From: Chromatiales bacterium
GTDB lineage: Bacteria; Pseudomonadota; Gammaproteobacteria; SZUA-140
Direction: 5' to 3'
Assembly (NCBI GenBank): GCA_031285245.1
Contig: JAITWN010000008.1
Location: forward strand, 1-32,987
DNA length: 32,987 nt
Made by a program: the position numbers and the translations under genes. The notes below the pieces were generated by a model, which did not search any database, had not been told where the DNA came from, and was given only the letters and a program-made list of their open reading frames with translations. Positions 18,308-25,584 of the stretch are shown piece after piece (position 1 is the first letter of the stretch; every line of letters begins with the position of its first letter).

Positions 18308-19474
18308 TCAGGGAGTAGGGCGAATGTTGGGATAGCTCCAGGGATTGGGGTTGGCCTGAGTTTCCTCGAAAAAGTTGTGCCAACTGTTCGCGTCGGGCAT
18401 CGCCTGGCCGCCATTGATGTAAGTGTAAGTACCGTTACTTCCGCCGGGACTACTTCCACTTGCGGCAGGGCCGGCAAACTCATCAGTGCTAGGGGTGAAG
18501 GTATATCGGCCTGCGGTGATCACCGAATTTTGAGAGTCGGTATTCATATCAAAGGAAGTTGAAGACGGCCCACCACCCGGAGGACGAAGATTCTGCGGCG
18601 CGCCTGGGCCCAGCAGTTCCATCGTATTAGTGACCACGGAGGCTGTAGCGTCGCTGTCGTATTTATTGCCTGCTGAATTGATATTGACCGTGCTGCGGAA
18701 TTGACCAGGCTGCTCAATGAGGTTGGTGATCGATGGCTTTTCATCGAAGCGGTTTTTCACGAAATCCAAGGTGAGCTCGCCATCTTTCAAGAACTGCTGC
18801 ATCTGCACACGGGCTGGATTAGCGCTCATATTACCGCTGAAACCATTATCGTTGTCGAGCGGATTGTAGGCGTTACTGCCCTGTGGGTTCTCTGTTCCTA
18901 TGCCGGTGCCGCCTGCTCCGCTGCTGGCGGAAACGTTGAGATTAGGATTGATGACGCCCGCACCCCCACCCCCACCAATAGCGTAATCGGCGCTACCCTC
19001 GGTGCAGGTTACTGGGCCACTGCACTGATCTCCTGTGGTGATGGCAAGCGCGTTGCCGTTGCTTGTGATCCGAATATAGACTTCTTGCGCGAAAACGGGT
19101 CCCGAGCTGTTACGCGGGTCGGTCGGGTTGTTCGCGGGGCCCAAGTCACCCATGATCATATGGAAGTATGAGACACCGCCATCTACGACCCTTTCGTATA
19201 TAAAAGGCGTCTGGTTGGGAACGATGATCTGACTCTCTGGGACAGCCGAGCTGCCATGAATGACAGCATCCGTGAGAGTCTGGCTGTTGCCAAACTCATC
19301 GGTATACCCAAAGGTGCGGGGGAACGCGGGAGTCGTGTCAGCAGTCCAATTCAGATTGAATTCCGCATGACTCTGCGCGGCGGGAAATAGCGTCGCCATT
19401 GAAAGCACAACTAACAAGCACAACCAACTTGCTTGTGCTTTTGCGTCCGTGAGTGATTTCAAACGAACGTTCAT
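18308..19474 (-). CDS. secreted Gly/Asn/Ser/Thr/Pro-rich protein of unknown function
   Basis: Track ORF 18308..19537. I start it at Met22 (ATG 19474), which gives the signal peptide MNVRLKSLTDAKAQASWLCLLVVLSMATLFPAAQSHA/EF. The mature protein has a central 'GGGGGAGVINPNLNVSASSGAGGTGIGTENPQGSNAYNPLDNDNGFSGN' region and one CxxxxxxC pair. I recognise no family. Confidence 0.6.
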   Translation of the reverse strand: MNVRLKSLTDAKAQASWLCLLVVLSMATLFPAAQSHAEFNLNWTADTTPAFPRTFGYTDEFGNSQTLTDAVIHGSSAVPESQIIVPNQTPFIYERVVDGGVSYFHMIMGDLGPANNPTDPRNSSGPVFAQEVYIRITSNGNALAITTGDQCSGPVTCTEGSADYAIGGGGGAGVINPNLNVSASSGAGGTGIGTENPQGSNAYNPLDNDNGFSGNMSANPARVQMQQFLKDGELTLDFVKNRFDEKPSITNLIEQPGQFRSTVNINSAGNKYDSDATASVVTNTMELLGPGAPQNLRPPGGGPSSTSFDMNTDSQNSVITAGRYTFTPSTDEFAGPAASGSSPGGSNGTYTYINGGQAMPDANSWHNFFEETQANPNPWSYPNIRPTP

Positions 19475-19481
19475 GGGTTCG

Positions 19482-19511
19482 ATTATAATACAACTATCTC
19501 CGCGCAACCAA
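19482..19511 (-). promoter_or_regulatory. candidate promoter placing the transcription start at or near the ATG of the secreted-protein gene
   Basis: Minus strand reads TTGGTT (19511..19506), 18 nt, TATAAT (19487..19482), 7 nt, then ATG (19474). No SD lies in between. ATTATAAT is itself palindromic. Confidence 0.25.
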
Positions 19512-19628
19512 TCGCCGTCGACGCTGTCCGATGTCATATCGGCCGATGGTTCTCAGGTGACCAACGCCACTCATTTTCGGGGGGAGTTTGCGCATGGCCG
19601 CTCTCGCCCGCCAATCGGGAATGCAGGT

Positions 19629-20894
19629 ATGACGTTCAGAATTATTTTTCCGCTAATCCTTGCTGGAAGTACTCTTGCTCTCAGTGGATGCTTGGAAGCT
19701 ATAAATAACTTGGGAGGAGCGCAGGACGCCACCCTTGCCCGGCCGACTGCTCCAGCATTTCTAAAGTCGCCTGCGACCGAGGGGATCAGCTACCAGTCTG
19801 CGGATGTCACCGGCGAGACTGACTCCTACGGTCAGTTCACTTACCAGGTTTCTCAGGACGTGACTTTCTCAGTAGGTGCCGTGGCCTTGGGCACTATTAC
19901 AAGCACCGTCGCGGCGCGTGGTGTGGTGACGCCGCTGGATCTGGTGGTATCAGATTCTGCAGGACCGACGACAATCACTAACAGCACAGTCCTGAATATC
20001 ACCCGCTTCCTGATGATGCTGGACCAGGACGGTGATCCTAGCAACGGCATCGTGATCTCGCCCGAGGTGCGGGAAGTCGCATCTACGTGGAATCAAGTAG
20101 ATTTCTCAAGCTCGAATTTTGAGGAGCAACTCACCGATATCATCAGCTCAGCCGCTAGTGTCGACGGTACCCCTCATGACTTGCCGGATGCCGCCGCTGC
20201 ACAAGCGCATCTGCGAAATACGCTGACCTGTTTGTATTCAGGCGCTTTTCAAGGACAGATCGGTGGCGATGCCACGGGTTATTTTGCATTTACTGTGAGC
20301 CCTGAGAGCCGATCACTGGGGGGATTCGTGTTTAGTCCCGCGACGGCTGCCGGGCGATTGCGTACGTTGGTTGCAACTGACCAGCTTGATTTTACTCAAG
20401 CACAGCTCTCCTTGGTCGGCTTTGATCTGGATAGTGTGTCTTCATATCAATATACAGTGCGGTATAACGGCCTCAACCAGGTTACCGGTACATGGTTCCC
20501 CAGCAGCACTACTGGTACTGGCCAGGGCGGTACGCCGGGTAATCTGTCCGGTGGGCGTCTCACGCCGGCCACGTTGACGGTGAACTACCGTGCCACGGGG
20601 ACGTTCAACGGTAGTTACGCGGGTGCTTGGGTGCTCGATATACCGCCACTCCCACAGACGGGTACAGTAAGGGTGCTGGGTCGTATGTATACGGTTAATC
20701 TCGATTCTAGTTTGACGCTGAACGGCGAAATAAGTCCGAATGGTAATCTCTCCATCACGGGTGAGGATGGCTCGACGCGCTTCGACGGGAATATCGATTT
20801 GACCACGTTGCATATCATTGGTACTTGGTCAAACGATTTTGCGGACCCGCGGGTTTCGGGAACGTACACCGGCGCGGCTTGCCGCTTGCTTTGA
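19629..20894 (+). CDS. lipoprotein of unknown function (421 aa)
   Basis: Starting at Met61 of track ORF 19449..20894 gives MTFRIIFPLILAGSTLALSG/C, a lipobox (LSGC) with Leu at +2. I recognise no family. The C-terminal half is rich in Gly-aromatic beta-strand motifs. Confidence 0.65.
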   Translation: MTFRIIFPLILAGSTLALSGCLEAINNLGGAQDATLARPTAPAFLKSPATEGISYQSADVTGETDSYGQFTYQVSQDVTFSVGAVALGTITSTVAARGVVTPLDLVVSDSAGPTTITNSTVLNITRFLMMLDQDGDPSNGIVISPEVREVASTWNQVDFSSSNFEEQLTDIISSAASVDGTPHDLPDAAAAQAHLRNTLTCLYSGAFQGQIGGDATGYFAFTVSPESRSLGGFVFSPATAAGRLRTLVATDQLDFTQAQLSLVGFDLDSVSSYQYTVRYNGLNQVTGTWFPSSTTGTGQGGTPGNLSGGRLTPATLTVNYRATGTFNGSYAGAWVLDIPPLPQTGTVRVLGRMYTVNLDSSLTLNGEISPNGNLSITGEDGSTRFDGNIDLTTLHIIGTWSNDFADPRVSGTYTGAACRLL

Positions 20895-20901
20895 TACCGC
20901 T

Positions 20902-22914
20902 ATGCTATCGATATTCAACGGTTTTTTCAGATTTTCTCTCATCGCGCCTTTGGTAATACTGCTCGCGGCGTGCAGCGTCGGCGACGACAGCGCTTATGTT
21001 GGCGGGGGGGACAATTCTCCTGGTCGCCCGGTACCGACCCCCGAAATCGGGGCTATCGGCTACGGTATCAAGCAATTTCGGTTCACTTGGCCGCCGGTAA
21101 CCAACGCTACGTCCTATCGTTTGTGTGAAGACCTTCACGCAGGCTTTGGTTGCGCCCCGCTCGGTTCGGATTTCGGTGCCAATACGTTCAAATATAACCA
21201 TGATCTCTTTTTGCCGAGCCGCCGCAACGCGACTTATATCCTCACCTCTTGCGAGGGTGATACGGGCGATACATGTGCCAGCTCTGCGAGCAAAGCCGTC
21301 GGCCGCAGTCGCGATATCAACCTCAATTTCGCTGTAGGTTATTTCAAGGCGACCAACACGGCGGCGAATCAGCAATTCGGATCTGCCGTCGCTTTGTCGA
21401 CGGACGGCAAAACGTTGGCGGTAGGCGCGCAAGGTGAGAGTGGCGCCGCCAGGGGCGCCTGTGATCCTGCTGATGATGCGTGTAAAAAAGCCCAGGCGAC
21501 AGGTACCCAGATAGAAAACTCCCAGACAGGCGCGGTCTATGTCTATCGCCTGGCTGCTGAGGGTTGGACGCCGGTAGCGTATATAAAAGCACCCAATGCC
21601 GATCCTAGGGATCAGTTCGGTACTTCCGTCGCTTTGTCGGGTGATGGAACGGTGCTTGCTGTTAGCGCACCTAATGAGGAGAGTAACGCGACGGTGGTGT
21701 GTGACCCTAAGGATGAGCAGTGCAAAGCGGCGATGGATGACAACTCCATCTGCTCTGCCAGCAAAGTCGGCTGTAACGCGGGTGCGGGGGCTGCTTATGT
21801 CTTTGCGCTTACAGATAAAGGCTGGGTGCCGCAAGCCTATGTCAAAGCGCCCAATACGGCGAGAAATGACAAATTCGGTCAGGCGATTGCGCTGTCGCAG
21901 GACGGTCAGATTCTACTGGTTGGCGCGCCGCGATCCCAAAATCCAGATCCTAATGCCCCATCTGTAGTAAGTGGAGGGCGGCAGCACGGCGCAGTTCATA
22001 TCTATGCCCACGAAAATGCAGGTTGGGCTTGGCAGCAATCCATTTATGGTGGAGGCCAGCAGTTTGGTTATGCGCTCGCAGTGAATGCCGGTGCAGATGT
22101 TCTTGCCATCGGTGCGCCCGCTGGCCCGCCAGCACCAGCGGTGGATGCTGGCGCGGTTTATATAGCCCGCAGGGGGGCGACGCCGCAAGATAAATGGAAA
22201 CTAACAAACGAACGCTTCATCCTTCAACCTAATGATGCTAGTCCTAGTTCTGGCTGCTTGGATACTCCCGTGAGTAGTTTGAGTAGTTGTTTTGGTTTTG
22301 CACTTGCGCTTTCAGCGGATGGCAATCGTTTGGCGATCGGAGCGCCAACGGAGGCGAGCAAGGCAACGGGTATCACAACAGTTCCCGCGCTGGGTACCAA
22401 CGACCAAGTGAACGCCTTGGCGCCTAATAGCGGAGCCGTTTATGTGCTCTCTTATTGCGTGGCACAAAATAATTGGTGTCCTGGTTACACTTTTATAAAA
22501 CCTAGTCCCCCCAGTTTTATGGTTATTGGGGGAGCCGATCGTTTTGGTTCTGTGGTCTCGCTTTCAGGCGATGGTACGACATTGGCGGTTGGCGCCTATC
22601 AAGACGGTACGCTGATGGCTGGTATCGATGGGCCGGAACCAGGACCGTCTGACGACCCCGGCGATAGTGTGCAAAGCGGCGCAGCCTATGTTTTCGCGCG
22701 CCCGCCCAATAGCGAGAGCTGGAGTCAGTCAGCCTTCGTCAAGGCGCCGAACATGACAAAAGAAGCCCAGTTCGGTTGGTCGGTGGCGATGGCGCGCGAT
22801 GGACAGACCATGGCGGTAGGAGCGTTTTTTGAAAATGGGTCTGACACTGGAGTAGTCAGTTCTGCGCTAAGCGAGGATAAAGTGGGTGGGGCCGGAGCGG
22901 TATATCTCTACTAA
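20902..22914 (+). CDS. FG-GAP repeat lipoprotein (FN3-like domain + 7-bladed beta-propeller)
   Basis: Starting at Met29 of the track ORF (ATG 20902, 7 nt after the upstream stop) gives MLSIFNGFFRFSLIAPLVILLAA/C, a lipobox with Ser at +2. Seven repeats follow the pattern (Q/K/R)FG..(V/L)ALS.DG..LAVGAP .... GA(V/A)Y(V/I)(Y/F). Confidence 0.8.
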   Translation: MLSIFNGFFRFSLIAPLVILLAACSVGDDSAYVGGGDNSPGRPVPTPEIGAIGYGIKQFRFTWPPVTNATSYRLCEDLHAGFGCAPLGSDFGANTFKYNHDLFLPSRRNATYILTSCEGDTGDTCASSASKAVGRSRDINLNFAVGYFKATNTAANQQFGSAVALSTDGKTLAVGAQGESGAARGACDPADDACKKAQATGTQIENSQTGAVYVYRLAAEGWTPVAYIKAPNADPRDQFGTSVALSGDGTVLAVSAPNEESNATVVCDPKDEQCKAAMDDNSICSASKVGCNAGAGAAYVFALTDKGWVPQAYVKAPNTARNDKFGQAIALSQDGQILLVGAPRSQNPDPNAPSVVSGGRQHGAVHIYAHENAGWAWQQSIYGGGQQFGYALAVNAGADVLAIGAPAGPPAPAVDAGAVYIARRGATPQDKWKLTNERFILQPNDASPSSGCLDTPVSSLSSCFGFALALSADGNRLAIGAPTEASKATGITTVPALGTNDQVNALAPNSGAVYVLSYCVAQNNWCPGYTFIKPSPPSFMVIGGADRFGSVVSLSGDGTTLAVGAYQDGTLMAGIDGPEPGPSDDPGDSVQSGAAYVFARPPNSESWSQSAFVKAPNMTKEAQFGWSVAMARDGQTMAVGAFFENGSDTGVVSSALSEDKVGGAGAVYLY

Positions 22915-23016
22915 ATGCTTTGAAATTTGAGTAGATAGAGGTGACCGGCCTCTAGCTGTTGTGGGTACATCAAGTTACACTGCCGGCTTGGGGGGAGTAT
23001 CGGGGGATGTTGCCGA

Positions 23017-23349
23017 ATGCGTATCTATGTTTTTGCGATGACCTTGGTGTGTGCTTCCTGCGCGACTACCACTCAGATCACGTTGCGTCACCCCACCAAA
23101 CAGCTTGATTCACCTGAGTATCAGGAAGATCAGGGTGTTTGTCGTACCTATGCGAATTCTGCTGCACCGATGCAAATGACCCCCGGCCACGGCCCACAGC
23201 GTGATCTGCAGAGTTGGTCCTTTTATTTTTACCGTTGCATGCACGACAAGGGTTGGGAAGTGGTGGATCAGGATGGCAACTCTGTCAGTCCCACACCGCA
23301 CGTAGCTGGGACACAAGTCCAGAGTAGTGATGCGATTCTGCCGCCTTAG
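23017..23349 (+). CDS. small exported protein, probable lipoprotein (110 aa)
   Basis: MRIYVFAMTLVCASC.. is a hydrophobic leader with Cys12/Cys15 but a non-canonical lipobox. A GGGGGA motif lies 9 nt upstream. A competing antisense ORF (23110..23376) has no such signals. Confidence 0.45.
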   Translation: MRIYVFAMTLVCASCATTTQITLRHPTKQLDSPEYQEDQGVCRTYANSAAPMQMTPGHGPQRDLQSWSFYFYRCMHDKGWEVVDQDGNSVSPTPHVAGTQVQSSDAILPP

Positions 23350-23532
23350 CTTTTTGTTCGTCTCCTTCCATCGCATCTACGTAAACCCACTATTGGGTTC
23401 GTGCGTTTTCGCGAGTGTTGTGCAAGCATTGAACCTATCGTCATCCGGCATTGCATTGATAAATATCAGTCGATGTCCATGTGCAAAGGGCTGGGCCTAG
23501 TCCCGCTCGACCTTCGTCAAAAGGAGGGGCAA

Positions 23533-25365
23533 GTGAAATTTCTCGGTTCCATCTTCACGTTGAATAAGGCTGGCCGGTTGGCCGCGCTGTGTTTCATGGC
23601 TTTGTTAGCAGCGTGCTCTAACAGTGTTCCTCCTGGTACTCCTGGTAGTAATGGCGGCGGCGGCGGCGGCGGCGGAGATAGCGGTGGCGGTTCTAATATT
23701 GCTGTGACTGGTGTTTCAGTGAACAAACCATCGCTCAGTCTGGCGGTGGGCAGCAGCGATACGATTACAGCAACGGTTTTTCCAGACACTGCTACCAACA
23801 AGAAGGTGACATGGAAGAGCAGCGCGCCCGAGGTTGCCACTGTAAATGGCTCGGGTAGGGTCACCGCTGTGGCCTTGGGCGATGCCATCATCACCGTCAC
23901 TACAGACGATGGACAAAAGACCATCTCTATTCCGGTGGCGGTGTCTTCAGGCATTACCTCCGTCACACCTCTTTCGGCGTCGCACGGTGCTATCGTCACT
24001 ATTAAAGGTGTGGGTTTTGGTGGGACGCCGGAAGAAAATAGCGTGGCGTTCGGCAGCGTCCCCGTGAAGGTAACCAATGTGGAGGTGATCCCTGAGACGG
24101 CGGAAACCTCCAGCTCTATGGTGCTCACGGTCGAAGTGCCCAAAAATCTCGCTGCCTCCGGCAATGTGCGAGTGACGGTGGGGAAGCAAACGGCGGTTTC
24201 TACGGCGACTTTCACGTATGTGCCGATTTATGTCGTTAGTACGTTGGCGGGTAGCAATACCGCGAGCTTTGCCGATGGCGTGGGCACGGCTGCGATATTC
24301 AATCACCCCGAGGGGGTTGCTGTGGATGCCACGGGCAAGGTGTTGTATGTGGCGGATACGGGCAACCACCGCATTCGCAGCATCAATATTGACGACACCG
24401 TAGACAGTGGCGATGCGAAGGTTAAGCCTTTCGGCATGGTCGAGACTTTTGCGGGTAGTGGAGAAGCGGACTTTTTCGATGATATTGCTATAGCGGCGAA
24501 ATTTCGTTCTCCTGCCGGCGTTACTGTGGATACTGCGGGCAATGTGTATGTGGCGGATACCGGCAACCACCGCATTCGCAAGATCGACAAGGACCGTGTA
24601 GTTTCGACCTTCAAGGGGGACGGAACAGCAGGCTTTGTTGATAGCGTCGCCGACCTCGTCAGTGGCGGTGTGACGCCGGGGAGATTTAACTCTCCTCGTG
24701 GCATCGCTGTGATCCCTGAGAAAGATGCCGATGGCAATGTGTCGAATGTTTGGTATGTGGCAGATACTGGCAACCATAGTATTCGCCGCATCACCATCAA
24801 CGGTGGCGTGGCGACCTTCGCGGGTAGTGAGGGGAAAGCAGGCTTTCTTGACGATACCAGTAAAAAAGCACAATTCGACTCTCCTGCCGGTATCGCCGTG
24901 GACGCCGCATACAATGTGTATGTGGCGGATAGGGGCAACAACCGCATTCGCCGCGTCACACCTCCCACCAAAGTTACTCTTGATGATAATACGGTGGTTA
25001 CCCTTGATGGCACGGTAAAGACCTTCGCGGGTGAAGAAGTAGAAGGGAGTGGGGTTAACTCTCCTTACGGCGTCGCTGTGGACGCTAAATACAATGTCTA
25101 TATTGCGGATACCAACAACAACCGTATCCGCAAAGATATCCTCACTAACGCCGACGGCCCAAGTGGTCTGACAACCACTGTCTCTACTTTAGCGGGTACT
25201 GGAGCATCGACACCCCTGATCGATGACACCACCCCTTTATCTGCGACTTTCAATGCTCCTCATGGCGTTGCCTTTTATAGTGTTACCGTGAGCGGTGTGC
25301 CTATGACGTATGTGTACATAGCGGATACCGACAACAACCGTATTCGCAGAATCGCGCCGGAGTAG
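23533..25365 (+). CDS. lipoprotein with Gly-rich tether, Big_2 domain, IPT/TIG domain and 6-bladed NHL beta-propeller
   Basis: I place the start at GTG 23533, 5 nt after AAGGAGG. This gives VKFLGSIFTLNKAGRLAALCFMALLAA/CSNS, a lipobox with Ser at +2. The Big_2 domain is 'VTGVSVNKPSLSLAVGSSDTITATVFP...KVTWKSS.PEVATV...G.VTAVALGDAIITV'. The IPT domain is 'ITSVTPLSASHGAIVTIKGVGFG'. Six repeats end in (V/I)AD(T/R)(G/N/D)N(H/N)(R/S)IR(R/K/S)(I/V/D). Confidence 0.8.
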   Translation: MKFLGSIFTLNKAGRLAALCFMALLAACSNSVPPGTPGSNGGGGGGGGDSGGGSNIAVTGVSVNKPSLSLAVGSSDTITATVFPDTATNKKVTWKSSAPEVATVNGSGRVTAVALGDAIITVTTDDGQKTISIPVAVSSGITSVTPLSASHGAIVTIKGVGFGGTPEENSVAFGSVPVKVTNVEVIPETAETSSSMVLTVEVPKNLAASGNVRVTVGKQTAVSTATFTYVPIYVVSTLAGSNTASFADGVGTAAIFNHPEGVAVDATGKVLYVADTGNHRIRSINIDDTVDSGDAKVKPFGMVETFAGSGEADFFDDIAIAAKFRSPAGVTVDTAGNVYVADTGNHRIRKIDKDRVVSTFKGDGTAGFVDSVADLVSGGVTPGRFNSPRGIAVIPEKDADGNVSNVWYVADTGNHSIRRITINGGVATFAGSEGKAGFLDDTSKKAQFDSPAGIAVDAAYNVYVADRGNNRIRRVTPPTKVTLDDNTVVTLDGTVKTFAGEEVEGSGVNSPYGVAVDAKYNVYIADTNNNRIRKDILTNADGPSGLTTTVSTLAGTGASTPLIDDTTPLSATFNAPHGVAFYSVTVSGVPMTYVYIADTDNNRIRRIAPE

Positions 25366-25461
25366 GCTCAGGACAGGAAGCTCGAAAACCGCAGCAACGA
25401 TGGGCGGGCAAGTACAGCTCAGTGTTTGGATTAGGATCGTTGCGAGCTATCAGGAATCAAG

Positions 25462-25504
25462 GAGCGTCATCACCAGTGCGGGGTGATGGCGCTCTTTGCT
25501 TTTG
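25462..25504 (+). terminator. rho-independent terminator after the NHL lipoprotein gene (in the convergent intergenic region)
   Basis: GAGCGTCATCACC (25462..25474), loop agtgcgg, GGTGATGGCGCTC (25482..25494; one G-U pair), then TTTGCTTTTGTT. Confidence 0.7.
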
Positions 25505-25584
25505 TTGGGTAATACCAATGCGCCGCGGAATAATGGCAACTATAAGTACTGTCTCGAAAGCGCCATGCTCGTTTATGAGCACAC

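Noticed and set aside
19449-19628. N-terminal extensions of the lipoprotein ORFs as drawn in the track (19449, 20818 and 23401 starts).
   Set aside because: The extensions lack signal-peptide character, and they overlap neighbouring genes or precede strong internal SD/start combinations. Internal starts give canonical lipoprotein leaders.
21331-22911. Seven-fold periodic similarity at DNA level.
   Set aside because: Explained by the seven FG-GAP propeller blades of a single CDS.
24340-25360. Six copies of a conserved core of about 39 nt (tatgtggcggatacSggcaaccaccgcattcgc...) at spacings of roughly 165-220 nt, superficially like a repeat-spacer array.
   Set aside because: The copies are in frame inside one long ORF and encode the 'YVADTGNHRIR' strand of six NHL blades. 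The spacing is irregular and the copies are degenerate, so this is not a CRISPR array.
18308-25365. C-terminal sorting tags (PEP-CTERM, T9SS CTD, LPXTG, GlyGly-CTERM) on the secreted proteins and lipoproteins.
   Set aside because: The C-termini (..NIRPTP, ..GAACRLL, ..GAVYLY, ..RIRRIAPE) show no hydrophobic helix plus basic tail and no known tag, so those pathways are not indicated.
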